Source: Thiothrix sp. (lineage in GTDB: Bacteria > Pseudomonadota > Gammaproteobacteria > Thiotrichales > Thiotrichaceae). Taken from it: a stretch of 64,000 nucleotides of DNA. The stretch is taken from assembly GCF_028714775.1 (NCBI RefSeq), contig NZ_JAQTLS010000016.1, positions 5,149 to 69,148 of the forward strand, given 5' to 3'. Below, piece after piece: positions 42,859 through 52,090 of this stretch (position 1 is its first letter; every line of letters starts with the position of its first letter). Under the pieces are notes generated by a model. That model searched no databases. It was not told where the DNA came from and was given only the letters and a program-made list of their open reading frames with translations. A program made the translations under genes and the position numbers.

Positions 42859-45701
42859 GGCTCAACAATCCCCAATGCAGAATTCACCAATTCCTGTTGC
42901 TGGATGCCGTGGACTTTCGCACTGCCCACCGCCGGGGATGCAGACGCCGGACGGCTTGACACATCCAAACGTGCTAACCCACCCAAGACTAAACGCAGCG
43001 ATGGCTGGATGCTCAACCATGCGCCTTGGTTCAGCGGCTCTTCCTGACACCAGACGTTGACATCAACATTCGGGTAACGGTCAAGCATAGCGTTCATGTC
43101 CGCTTCGGGGAATGGGTACAACTGCTCAATACGCACGATGGCGACATGATTCAGCCCGGCTTTACGGCGGTTTTCCAACAAATCGTAATACACCTTGCCG
43201 CTGCACAATACCAAACGGGTCACTTTCAGTGGGTCAATGCCATCCACTTCATCAATGATATTTTGGAAACCGCGTTCGGTCAGGTCTTCCAGCGTATTCA
43301 CTGCCATTGGGTGGCGCAGTAAACTTTTCGGAGTCATCACAATCAGCGGCGTGCGGTAATCACGCAGCATTTGGCGGCGCAGCATGTGGAAAGCCTGAGC
43401 TGGCGTACTCGGCACACACACTTGCATGTTGTTCTGGGCGCACAGTTGCAAATAACGTTCCAAACGGGCGGAAGAGTGTTCCGGCCCCTGCCCTTCAAAG
43501 CCGTGTGGCAGCAACATCACCAGACCGCACAAGCGACCCCATTTCTGTTCGCCGGAACTGATGAACTGGTCGATAACCACTTGCGCACAGTTGGCGAAGT
43601 CACCGAATTGCGCTTCCCAAATGGTCAGGGTATTGGCTTCGGTAGTCGCGTAACCGTATTCAAAGCCCAGTACCGCCTCTTCCGAGAGCAGTGAGTCGAT
43701 GACCACGAATGGCATTTGCGCTGGGGACAGGTTTTGCAAAGGAATGAAAGATTCCCCAGTTTCCTGCTCATGGAACACCGCATGGCGATGGAAGAACGTA
43801 CCACGCCCGCAGTCTTCGCCCGACAAACGGATCGGGTAGCCTTCTTCAATCAAACTTGCGTAAGCCAGATTTTCGCAGAAGCCCCAATCCATCGCTTGTT
43901 CGCCAGCCGCCATTTTCTTGCGGTCGGCAACGATACGTGCCACGCGGGAATTGAGTTTGAAACCTTCTGGGTAAACCGTGAGTTTTTCACCCAAGTCACG
44001 CACAGTAGCTGCCTCGATGGTGGTATCGGTAGGCATATCCCATGTACCGCCAACGAAACGCTTCCACTTGACCGGATGCGGGTTTTCCACTTGGCCTTTT
44101 TCCAGCAAATGCGGCACGGTTGGCGCACCTTCGGTCAATTGCTGACGGCAGCGTTGCACCCGTGCTTGTGCTTCTTCTTCACTGATTACGCTTTGTGCAA
44201 CCAATTGCTGCGCGTAACGTTCGCGGGTAGTTGGCATCGCACGGATTTTACGGTACATCACCGGCTGGGTGGCAGACGGCTCATCCGCTTCGTTATGACC
44301 GTGGCGGCGGTAGCACACCAAGTCAATCACCACGTCTTTGTCGAACTTGGCGCGGAAATCGAAGGCAATTTGCGTCACCATCACCACCGCTTCAGGGTCA
44401 TCACCGTTGACGTGGAAGACTGGGGAATCAACCATCTTGGCAATGTCAGTGCAATAGAACGTGGAACGCGCATCCGCCGCCGCACTGGTGGTGAAACCGA
44501 CTTGGTTGTTGATGACAATATGGATAGTGCCGCTGGTACGATAACCACGGGTTTCTGCCATTTGCAGCATTTCCATGTTAACGCCCTGCCCGGCAAACGC
44601 CGCATCACCGTGCAACACAACCGGGATAATCTTATCACCGCCTGCGTCGTCCCAACGGTCTTGCCGCGCCCGTACTGCACCTTGCACTACAGGGCCAACG
44701 ATTTCCAGATGTGAGGGGTTGAATGCCATTGCCACATGCACCGCACCACCCGGTGTTTGCATGTCAGAGGCGTAACCCATGTGGTATTTCACGTCGCCCG
44801 TGCGCCCGCTAAAAGAGTATTTGCCCTCGAACTCGCCGAATAACATGCCGGGGGCTTTGCCCAACACATTGACCAGCACGTTCAAACGCCCACGGTGCGC
44901 CATGCCAATCACCATCTCTTGCGCACCCAGTGTACCTGCGTGCTGGATCAGGCTATTGAGCATGGGGATCAGGCTTTCGCCACCTTCCAGCGAGAAACGT
45001 TTCTGCCCAACGTAATTGGTATGCAGGTACCGTTCCAACCCTTCCGCCGCAGTGAGACGATCAAGGATTTCAAGTTGCTCTTCTTTAGTGAATACTGGGG
45101 AAGAACGCACTGTTTCGATGCGCTGCTGAATCCAACGTTTCTGTTCGGTGCTGGTGGTATGCATGTATTGCACGCCGACATGCTGGCAGTAGGTTTTTTC
45201 CAACTGGGCAATGATTTCGCGCAAGCTCATCATATCCGGGGCAAACAAGGAGCCAGTATTAAACTGTGTATCCAGATCGCTGTCGCTGAGGGAGTGGTAG
45301 GCCAGCGTCAATTCCTTAACGAAGGCGGGGGCATTTTCATCCAGCGGATTGGTTTTAGCGTGGAAATGCCCCAAGAAACGGTAGGCATTGATCAACTGCA
45401 AGACTTTAACTTGCTTGCGCTCGTGTTCCATATCAATGGAGCCACCACTGGCGGCGGGCGCTGCGTATGCCTGCGGTTTGGCTGCATAGGCACGGAAATA
45501 ATCTTTTACTACTGAGTGGCGGGTATCGCGCTCTTGCCCACCCACTGACGGCAAACCATCGAAATACTGCTGCCAGCTTGACGGGATCGAAGCTGGTTCC
45601 TGCAAGTACCGTTCGTACATCTCCTCCAGATACAGGACACTATTGCCATCCAATTGTGTATCTACATTACAGGCTACTGCCTGCGCTTCTCCTTTCTTCA
45701 T
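42855..45701 (-). CDS. sucA: 2-oxoglutarate dehydrogenase E1 component
   Basis: The start is trimmed to MKKGEAQ... (ATG 45701). NSVLYLEEMYERYLQEP, the ThDP region GDAAFAGQGV and the C-terminal OGDH domain. Confidence 0.95.
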   Translation of the reverse strand: MKKGEAQAVACNVDTQLDGNSVLYLEEMYERYLQEPASIPSSWQQYFDGLPSVGGQERDTRHSVVKDYFRAYAAKPQAYAAPAASGGSIDMEHERKQVKVLQLINAYRFLGHFHAKTNPLDENAPAFVKELTLAYHSLSDSDLDTQFNTGSLFAPDMMSLREIIAQLEKTYCQHVGVQYMHTTSTEQKRWIQQRIETVRSSPVFTKEEQLEILDRLTAAEGLERYLHTNYVGQKRFSLEGGESLIPMLNSLIQHAGTLGAQEMVIGMAHRGRLNVLVNVLGKAPGMLFGEFEGKYSFSGRTGDVKYHMGYASDMQTPGGAVHVAMAFNPSHLEIVGPVVQGAVRARQDRWDDAGGDKIIPVVLHGDAAFAGQGVNMEMLQMAETRGYRTSGTIHIVINNQVGFTTSAAADARSTFYCTDIAKMVDSPVFHVNGDDPEAVVMVTQIAFDFRAKFDKDVVIDLVCYRRHGHNEADEPSATQPVMYRKIRAMPTTRERYAQQLVAQSVISEEEAQARVQRCRQQLTEGAPTVPHLLEKGQVENPHPVKWKRFVGGTWDMPTDTTIEAATVRDLGEKLTVYPEGFKLNSRVARIVADRKKMAAGEQAMDWGFCENLAYASLIEEGYPIRLSGEDCGRGTFFHRHAVFHEQETGESFIPLQNLSPAQMPFVVIDSLLSEEAVLGFEYGYATTEANTLTIWEAQFGDFANCAQVVIDQFISSGEQKWGRLCGLVMLLPHGFEGQGPEHSSARLERYLQLCAQNNMQVCVPSTPAQAFHMLRRQMLRDYRTPLIVMTPKSLLRHPMAVNTLEDLTERGFQNIIDEVDGIDPLKVTRLVLCSGKVYYDLLENRRKAGLNHVAIVRIEQLYPFPEADMNAMLDRYPNVDVNVWCQEEPLNQGAWLSIQPSLRLVLGGLARLDVSSRPASASPAVGSAKVHGIQQQELVNSALGIVEP

Positions 45702-45769
45702 CTTGTTGAACCTGCATTGATGGTAAATATCAAACACCCCTGGCTTGACGCAATGCAGCAAAATGGTGC

Positions 45770-45781
45770 ATTGTCGACATC
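45770..45781. promoter_or_regulatory. TTGTCGACAT-type box in the sucA/gntR divergent region
   Basis: ATTGTCGACATC. Confidence 0.45.
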
Positions 45782-45844
45782 TTGATGTCACTTAGTGCAT
45801 TGCAAGCCTGTTTTTCAAGCCAAATTCTGCCATTTCTTTGTTAT

Positions 45845-45859
45845 AGTGTCGACATTATA
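45845..45859. promoter_or_regulatory. TGTCGACAT-type box in the sucA/gntR divergent region
   Basis: AGTGTCGACATTATA. It shares the GTCGACATTATA extension with the two sucB-proximal copies. Confidence 0.45.
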
Positions 45860-45867
45860 ACTTAAAA

Positions 45868-45877
45868 GTGTCAACAA
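45868..45877. promoter_or_regulatory. Degenerate box (GTGTCAACAA)
   Basis: One core mismatch (TGTCAACA). Confidence 0.3.
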
Positions 45878-45919
45878 TGTCAGGATATTTCTCTTGAAAA
45901 ACCGCCATTTCACGGTATT

Positions 45920-45930
45920 ATTGTCAACAT
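45920..45930. promoter_or_regulatory. Degenerate box (ATTGTCAACAT)
   Basis: One core mismatch; the flanks match the ATTGTC.ACAT consensus. Confidence 0.35.
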
Positions 45931-45940
45931 AACATACAAG

Positions 45941-45950
45941 ATGTCGACAA
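45941..45950. promoter_or_regulatory. TTGTCGACAT box in inverse orientation, immediately upstream of the gntR ribosome-binding site
   Basis: ATGTCGACAA is the reverse complement of TTGTCGACAT. It ends 4 nt before GAGGAG and 13 nt before the ATG at 45964. Confidence 0.45.
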
Positions 45951-45963
45951 AGTGAGGAGCACC

Positions 45964-46653
45964 ATGGCGTTTTCAACAGCATGTAAATTGCAAGAACCCG
46001 TGACGATTGCAGACAAGTTGTTTCTTGATCTGCGCCGTTCCATTCTGGTAGGCGAAATCCCTGCTGGAAAGAAGATTAGCGAACCCGAACTGGCGACTGC
46101 TTACGGGGTGAGCCGAGGCTCATTACGGGAAGCGATTGGCAAATTGGAGAACTGTAACTTGGTGACGCGCAAGCCCAATATTGGTGCACGCATCATCGGC
46201 TTTTCCACCGCGCAGTTGATGGAAATTTACCAGATACGCGAGGCAATGGAGGGCATGGCTGCACGCTTGGCAGCCGAACACATAACCGCAGACGAGTTGG
46301 CGCACTTGCGGAAGATACTGGAGCGCCATCGGCAGGAAATCGCCCAACGTCAGGATAGCTCCCAGCAGGATGCTGACCTTGATTTCCACTTCTGCATTAT
46401 TCAGGGCAGCAAGAATTCGCGCCTGATCCGCATGTTATGCCAAGATTTGTACGATCTGGTGCGGTTTTACCGCTTCCGGCTCAAATCCGGCTTCCATCGC
46501 AGTGAACAGGCATTTCAGGAACACAACCTGATCGTGTCAGCCATTGAGCGGCGCGACGGGGAAATGGCAGAGACTTTAATGCGCCACCACATCCGGGCCT
46601 CGCGGGATTATGCCCGCAATATGCTGGAAAACGTGCCGCAGGAAGAGAGTTAA
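45964..46653 (+). CDS. GntR-family (FadR/FCD subfamily) transcriptional regulator
   Basis: The ATG at 45964 follows GAGGAG. Winged HTH (ISEPELATAYGVSRGSLREAIGKLE) plus a C-terminal FCD-like all-helical domain. It lies 37 nt upstream of sdhC. Confidence 0.9.
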   Translation: MAFSTACKLQEPVTIADKLFLDLRRSILVGEIPAGKKISEPELATAYGVSRGSLREAIGKLENCNLVTRKPNIGARIIGFSTAQLMEIYQIREAMEGMAARLAAEHITADELAHLRKILERHRQEIAQRQDSSQQDADLDFHFCIIQGSKNSRLIRMLCQDLYDLVRFYRFRLKSGFHRSEQAFQEHNLIVSAIERRDGEMAETLMRHHIRASRDYARNMLENVPQEES

Positions 46654-46690
46654 GCCAAGCAACAGACCTTTCCACTAACGGGGACTATCC

Positions 46691-47068
46691 ATGAAGCACA
46701 CGAGCAACCGACCACTTTCACCGCATTTGCAGGTATACAAACCGCAGATCACCTCGGTTTTGTCGATCCTGCACCGAATTACTGGCGTAGCGCTAGCTGT
46801 CGGTACATTGCTGGTCGCGTATTGGCTAGCCGCCATTGCTGGAGGCGTGGAAACATTTGCCGCTGCCAATGCCATCCTCGGTTCTTTCCTTGGCAAAGTC
46901 GTGCTGTTCTTCTGGTCATGGGCATTGTTCTATCACTTAGCCAACGGCGTCCGCCACCTGTTGTGGGATGTTGGCTACGGCTTTGATTTACCGACAGTGT
47001 ATCTGGGCGGAAAAATCACAGTCGGTGCATCCTTTGCCCTGACAATCCTCCTTTGGTTGATTGCTTAA
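46691..47068 (+). CDS. sdhC: Succinate dehydrogenase cytochrome b556 subunit
   Basis: RPLSPHLQVYKPQITSVLSILHRITG and three TM helices. Confidence 0.9.
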   Translation: MKHTSNRPLSPHLQVYKPQITSVLSILHRITGVALAVGTLLVAYWLAAIAGGVETFAAANAILGSFLGKVVLFFWSWALFYHLANGVRHLLWDVGYGFDLPTVYLGGKITVGASFALTILLWLIA

Positions 47069-47092
47069 CCCCCCATTCAGAAGGAAATACAC

Positions 47093-47473
47093 ATGAGCAT
47101 GTTGACACCTTTTAAACGCGCCAGCGGCCTTGGTACTACCAACGATGGGGTACACCACTGGTGGATGCAGCGCCTGACTGCTGTCGCATTAACCCCCCTT
47201 ACCTTGTGGATGGTGTTTGCAGTTGCAGCCCATGCAGGGGATGATTACGCCAGCGTGGCAGCATGGTTTGCCCAACCAATGACCACCACGTTGCTGACAC
47301 TGTTTGTTTTCACCACATTCCTTCACGCGGCGCAAGGTTTGACGGTCATCATTGAAGATTACCTGCATCATGAGGGGGCGAAATTCGCTGCCCTGATCGG
47401 GATGAAACTGGTACTGGTATTGCTGGGCGTCAGCAGCACCTTGAGCATTTTGCGTGTCGCTTTTGCAGGCTGA
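47093..47473 (+). CDS. sdhD: Succinate dehydrogenase hydrophobic membrane anchor
   Basis: GVHHWWMQRLTAVAL, three TM helices, and its position between sdhC and sdhA. Confidence 0.9.
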   Translation: MSMLTPFKRASGLGTTNDGVHHWWMQRLTAVALTPLTLWMVFAVAAHAGDDYASVAAWFAQPMTTTLLTLFVFTTFLHAAQGLTVIIEDYLHHEGAKFAALIGMKLVLVLLGVSSTLSILRVAFAG

Positions 47474-47496
47474 ATTAGAGAGAGGCTGAATACACA

Positions 47497-49284
47497 ATGT
47501 CCGAATACAAGATTGAACATCATACCTACGACGTAGTTGTCGTTGGTGCTGGCGGCGCGGGTTTGCGTGCCACTTTCGGGATGGCGGTGAAAGGTTTGTC
47601 CACAGCGTGCATTACCAAGGTTTTCCCTACCCGTAGCCATACCGTGGCGGCACAGGGCGGCATGTCCGCAGCCCTCGGCAACATGGGGCCAGATAAATGG
47701 CAATGGCACATGTACGACACCGTAAAAGGTTCCGACTGGCTGGGCGACCAAGATGCCATCGAATACATGTGCCGCGAAGCAGGCCCGGCAGTTATTGAAC
47801 TGGAACATCAGGGCGTACCGTTTTCCCGCACTGAAGAAGGCCGTATTTACCAACGCCCCTTCGGCGGCATGACCACCGAATTCGGCAAAGGCATTGCCCA
47901 CCGTACTTGCGCGGCGGCTGACCGTACTGGGCACGCGATTTTGCACACCCTGTACCAACAATCCTTGCGCCACAACGCGGTATTTTTCATCGAGCATTTC
48001 GCTACCGACCTGATCATGGACGAAAACGGCATTTGCCGTGGGGTCATGGCTTGGGATTTGGCGAACGGCATCCTGCGTTTGTTCCGCGCCCAGAAAGTGG
48101 TGCTGGCAACTGGCGGTTACGGTCGTGCGTACTTCTCCGCTACGTCTGCCCACACCTGTACCGGCGACGGTAACGGCATGGTGGCACGCGCTGGCTTGCC
48201 ATTACAGGACATGGAGTTTACCCAATTCCACCCAACTGGCATTTACGGTTCGGGCTGCTTGATTACGGAAGGGGTGCGTGGTGAAGGTGGCTACCTGACC
48301 AATGCACAGGGCGAGCGTTTCATGGAACGTTACGCACCGAATGCCAAAGACCTTGCTTCCCGCGATGTCGTCAGCCGCGCCATGACTATCGAGATTAACG
48401 AAGGCCGGGGCGTGGGCAAGGATAAAGACCATATCCACCTGCACCTCGAACATCTAGGTTCTGATGTGATCCACGAACGTTTGCCGGGGATCGCCGAAAG
48501 TGCGCGTATCTTCGCTGGCGTGGACGTAACCAAAGAGCCGATCCCAGTATTGCCGACCGTGCATTACAACATGGGTGGCATCCCCACCAACTACCACGGC
48601 GAAGTCGTGACCCTGAAAAATGGCGAACCAGACACCGTTGTTCCCGGCCTGATGGCGATTGGCGAATGTGCCTGCGTCTCCGTCCACGGGGCAAACCGCT
48701 TGGGTTCCAACTCCCTGCTCGACATTGTGGTATTCGGTCGTGCGGCGGCTAACCGTTGCGCAGAAACCCTGACACCGGGTGCGGTACAGCAAGACCTGCC
48801 TGAGGCTGGCGTGCAAAAAGCGATGGATCGTTTCAAACGCATCCACCACGCTGACGGCAAACTGACAACCGCGCAAGTCCGCGATAACATGCAGCGCACC
48901 ATGCAAAAGCACGCCGCCGTGTTCCGCACCGGCGAATCCATGAAAGAAGGCGTGGCGAAAATGAACGAGATTTACGCCAGCTTCAACGATGTTTCGGTGA
49001 AAGACCGCAGCTTGGTGTGGAACTCCGACCTGATGGAAACCTTTGAACTTGCCAACCTGTTGGATTGCGCCCAAACCTCCATCAACTGCGCCCTGAACCG
49101 TGAAGAAAGCCGTGGCGCACATGCCCGCGAAGACTTCCCAGACCGCAACGATGAAACCTGGATGAAGCACTCCATCGCGTGGCTGGACGAAGCAGGCAAA
49201 GTCGCTATCGACTACCGCCCCGTCCACACTTACACGCTGACGGATGAAATCGAATACATCGCACCGAAGAAACGGGTTTACTAA
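47497..49284 (+). CDS. sdhA: Succinate dehydrogenase flavoprotein subunit
   Basis: [13 protein letters not shown], the FAD-attachment His context [10 protein letters not shown], and [13 protein letters not shown]. Confidence 0.95.
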   Translation: MSEYKIEHHTYDVVVVGAGGAGLRATFGMAVKGLSTACITKVFPTRSHTVAAQGGMSAALGNMGPDKWQWHMYDTVKGSDWLGDQDAIEYMCREAGPAVIELEHQGVPFSRTEEGRIYQRPFGGMTTEFGKGIAHRTCAAADRTGHAILHTLYQQSLRHNAVFFIEHFATDLIMDENGICRGVMAWDLANGILRLFRAQKVVLATGGYGRAYFSATSAHTCTGDGNGMVARAGLPLQDMEFTQFHPTGIYGSGCLITEGVRGEGGYLTNAQGERFMERYAPNAKDLASRDVVSRAMTIEINEGRGVGKDKDHIHLHLEHLGSDVIHERLPGIAESARIFAGVDVTKEPIPVLPTVHYNMGGIPTNYHGEVVTLKNGEPDTVVPGLMAIGECACVSVHGANRLGSNSLLDIVVFGRAAANRCAETLTPGAVQQDLPEAGVQKAMDRFKRIHHADGKLTTAQVRDNMQRTMQKHAAVFRTGESMKEGVAKMNEIYASFNDVSVKDRSLVWNSDLMETFELANLLDCAQTSINCALNREESRGAHAREDFPDRNDETWMKHSIAWLDEAGKVAIDYRPVHTYTLTDEIEYIAPKKRVY

Positions 49285-49296
49285 GGGAGCATAGCC

Positions 49297-50076
49297 ATGG
49301 CTGAATTTACATTACCTGCCAACTCGGTGGTTAAAACAGGTAAAACGTGGGCAGCACCCGCTGGTGCAACCCGTGTTAAAAACTTCCGCATCTACCGTTA
49401 CGATCCAGACAGCGGCGAAAACCCGCGCTGGGATACTTACCAAATCGACCTCGACCAATGCGGGCCGATGGTGTTGGATGCGCTGCTGAAGATCAAAAAC
49501 GAAATCGACCCGTCGTTGACCTTCCGCCGCTCTTGCCGTGAAGGGATTTGCGGTTCCTGCTCAATGAACATCGGCGGGACTAACACGCTGGCGTGCATCA
49601 AGGCGATTGATGCGTTTGACGGCGATGTCCAGATCAGCCCACTGCCGCACATGGAAGTGGTGAAAGATTTGGTTCCTGACCTGACGCATTTCTACGCGCA
49701 GTACGCTTCCATCAAGCCGTGGATGCAGACCCAAACGCCTGCCCCACCTGACCGCGAACACCTGCAATCGCCGGAAGACCGCAAGAAATTGGATGGCTTG
49801 TACGAGTGTATCCTGTGCGCCAGTTGCTCCACTTCTTGCCCAAGCTACTGGTGGAACAGCGACCGTTACTTGGGGCCCGCAGTGCTGTTGCAAGCCTACC
49901 GCTGGGTGGTGGATAGCCGTGATGAAGCGACCGGCGACCGCCTCGATAACCTCGAAGACCCGTTCCGCCTGTACCGTTGCCATACGATCATGAACTGCAC
50001 CAACACTTGCCCTAAGGGTTTGAACCCTGCCAAGGCAATTGCCGAGCTGAAGAAAAAAATGATCGAACGGCGGTAA
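49297..50076 (+). CDS. sdhB: Succinate dehydrogenase iron-sulfur subunit
   Basis: [28 protein letters not shown] and [15 protein letters not shown] cluster motifs. Confidence 0.95.
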   Translation: MAEFTLPANSVVKTGKTWAAPAGATRVKNFRIYRYDPDSGENPRWDTYQIDLDQCGPMVLDALLKIKNEIDPSLTFRRSCREGICGSCSMNIGGTNTLACIKAIDAFDGDVQISPLPHMEVVKDLVPDLTHFYAQYASIKPWMQTQTPAPPDREHLQSPEDRKKLDGLYECILCASCSTSCPSYWWNSDRYLGPAVLLQAYRWVVDSRDEATGDRLDNLEDPFRLYRCHTIMNCTNTCPKGLNPAKAIAELKKKMIERR

Positions 50077-50085
50077 AGGTGGGGT

Positions 50086-50322
50086 ATGAGTGAATTATCC
50101 CGCGTAAAAATGCGCTGCCGTCGCGGCATGAAGGAATTGGATGTGGTTTTCGGGCGCTACCTGCAAAACCACTACCCAACTGCCGGGGACGATGAGAAGC
50201 AGTACTTGGAGGAATTGCTTGACTTGCAAGACCCCCTACTGTTCGGCATGGTTCTTGGCATTGACCCCGTGCCGTTGCAGTATGAAAGCCTGATCGTCAA
50301 ATTAAGGCAGGCGCATGACTGA
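50086..50322 (+). CDS. sdhE: FAD assembly factor SdhE (flavinator of succinate dehydrogenase)
   Basis: 78 aa with the canonical RGxxE motif (RCRRGMKELD) and DPLLFGMV, like E. coli SdhE. Confidence 0.85.
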   Translation: MSELSRVKMRCRRGMKELDVVFGRYLQNHYPTAGDDEKQYLEELLDLQDPLLFGMVLGIDPVPLQYESLIVKLRQAHD

Positions 50323-50599
50323 CCCGCAATTTGAAGAGCGGATGGTACGCCTGCGCTGGGCGTGCCGCCGCACCTTACAAATGCTTGACCGCCCGCTGGG
50401 CACGTTCCTGAAAGATTGTTACAGCACCTTGGATATGGGCGAACAGTTTGCTTTCGAGCGCCTGTTGAACTCACGGGATCAGGACATTCTGGATTGGTTA
50501 ATCGGCAACCGCCAATCCAATGACGCTAAAGTCCGCGCTATTATCGAAAAAATACGCACACATAACGACAAGACCGCAGGAGGAACCCACAATGCATGA
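50315..50599 (+). CDS. SdhE-like paralog with a degenerate RGxxE motif
   Basis: RLRWACRRTLQMLD...FAFERLLNSRDQDILDWLIGN aligns with E. coli SdhE (RIHWACRRGMRELD...DPDLFNWLMN), but Gly is replaced by Thr and Glu by Met. Overlaps sdhE by 8 nt. Confidence 0.6.
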   Translation: MTDPQFEERMVRLRWACRRTLQMLDRPLGTFLKDCYSTLDMGEQFAFERLLNSRDQDILDWLIGNRQSNDAKVRAIIEKIRTHNDKTAGGTHNA

Positions 50600-51014
50600 G
50601 CTACATGACTTAAACCCTAAGGCCGCTTACGCTTGGTTGCAAGAAAATCCGAACAGCGCCCTGATCGACATCCGCTCATCCATGGAATACCTGTTTGTCG
50701 GTCATCCCGTCGGCTCAACGCACATTGCGTGGATCGACGAACCGGATTGGGAAGTCAACCCAACGTTCGTTGCTGAAGTCCAACGCCTGCTGGAAGGCCG
50801 TTTCAAGCACGTTGATGCGCACAAAGAGGCATCCGTCATCCTCATCTGCCGTAGCGGCAAACGTTCACGGGAAGCAGCCGCAGCGCTGTTAGAGGCCGGT
50901 TTCCAAAAAGTCATGCACGTTGATGAAGGCTTTGAAGGCGAACGTGACGAACACCATCACCGGGGTACACTCGGCGGCTGGCGCTTTCATGGGCTGCCGT
51001 GGGAACAATGCTAA
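50592..51014 (+). CDS. Rhodanese-domain sulfurtransferase
   Basis: The start is trimmed to MHELHDLNPKAAYAWL (GGAGGA ribosome-binding site). Active-site loop CRSGKRS. Confidence 0.85.
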   Translation: MHELHDLNPKAAYAWLQENPNSALIDIRSSMEYLFVGHPVGSTHIAWIDEPDWEVNPTFVAEVQRLLEGRFKHVDAHKEASVILICRSGKRSREAAAALLEAGFQKVMHVDEGFEGERDEHHHRGTLGGWRFHGLPWEQC

Positions 51015-51169
51015 TCTGTTGAAAAATGCCGGTCGGTAAAAAATTTCACCGTTAATTCTAGGGTTTTATTTTCATGATCCCCTTTGGTTGTAATTCAAGG
51101 TGTTGCATACTATAGAAAGTGTGTTCAGTGACTCACACGACACTTACCCAACCAAAGGAGTTCCTCCGT

Positions 51170-51937
51170 ATGAAGATGAAATCATTAATCGTACTGCTGT
51201 TAGCAGGTATTTGGGGCGTCGGTAGCTGGTGGTGGTACACCTGCAAAATTAAAGGATTCTGCGGTGCTGATACGACCGCTGCCCAAATTGCCACTGGCAC
51301 TGCCGCAGCAGGTATTTCTGGACTAGCAAATACCGCAGGCGATACTGATAAAGCTGCTGCTGACGCTGCCGCAAAAGCAAAGGCTGATGCCGATAAAGCC
51401 GCTGCTGACGCCGCCCAAGCCAAAGCCGATGCTGATAAAGCTGCCGCTGATGCTGCCGCACAAGCCAAAGCCGACGCCGATAAAGCTGCTGCTGATGCCC
51501 AAGCTAAAGCAGATGCTGATAAAGCTGCCGCCGAACAAGCCAAAGCCGACGCTGATAAAGTCACTATAGAAACCACTGCAAGCACCAACGGTGCTGACAT
51601 CGGCCCTGCTACCCTGCACTTCCCCACTGGCTCCGCCAACCCCCAATTGGCTGACAGCACCAAAGCCTATTTCGAGAAAGTTTCTAAATTCCTCAAAGAC
51701 AATGGCACGGCGAAAGTCACCATCGTTGGGCACACTGACAACAAAGGGGATGCCGCCAAGAATAAAGCACTCGGTTTAAAACGCGCAGAAATGCTCCAGC
51801 AAATCCTAGTCAAACTGGGCGCACCGAAAGACCGCGTTGCTGCCGCCTCCGAGGGTGCTGACAAACCGATTGCGGATAATGGCAGCGAAGAAGGCCGGAA
51901 GAAAAACCGCCGTGTAGAAATCACCCCAGTAAAATAA
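51170..51937 (+). CDS. OmpA/MotB-domain protein with N-terminal anchor and Ala/Lys/Asp-rich repeat linker
   Basis: MKMKSLIVLLLAGIWGVGSWWWY anchor, about 5 x (KADADKAAADAxxQA) and a C-terminal OmpA domain (VTIVGHTDNKGD...NRRVEI). Confidence 0.8.
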   Translation: MKMKSLIVLLLAGIWGVGSWWWYTCKIKGFCGADTTAAQIATGTAAAGISGLANTAGDTDKAAADAAAKAKADADKAAADAAQAKADADKAAADAAAQAKADADKAAADAQAKADADKAAAEQAKADADKVTIETTASTNGADIGPATLHFPTGSANPQLADSTKAYFEKVSKFLKDNGTAKVTIVGHTDNKGDAAKNKALGLKRAEMLQQILVKLGAPKDRVAAASEGADKPIADNGSEEGRKKNRRVEITPVK

Positions 51938-51955
51938 CCTGATTGGAGTTGAACC

Positions 51956-52087
51956 ATGTTTAAAGATATTACCAGCCGTGTAAGTGATGCGAGCAACGCC
52001 AGTCTGGAAGTCATCATTATGTTGGCAGTCGCGTTTCTGTTGGGCTTCCTGTTTTGTTACTTCCGCAACAAAAGCCAAGAGGACTAA
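51956..52087 (+). CDS. Unannotated 43-aa single-TM peptide, paralogous to the N-terminal anchors of the next two genes
   Basis: My own translation: MFKDITSRVSDASNASLEVIIMLAVAFLLGFLFCYFRNKSQED. The TM motif EVIIMLAVAFLLGFLFC resembles WEIIILLALAFLLGMLLC downstream. It is below the ORF-track size cutoff. Confidence 0.45.
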   Translation: MFKDITSRVSDASNASLEVIIMLAVAFLLGFLFCYFRNKSQED

Positions 52088-52090
52088 GCA

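Noticed and set aside
51133-51663. Ala/Ser-rich minus-strand ORFs opposite the OmpA-domain gene. Similar ones lie opposite the repeat protein (53472-54172) and the GH5 repeats (18095-19758).
   Set aside because: They are mirror ORFs produced by repeat-rich, GC-biased coding sequence on the other strand.
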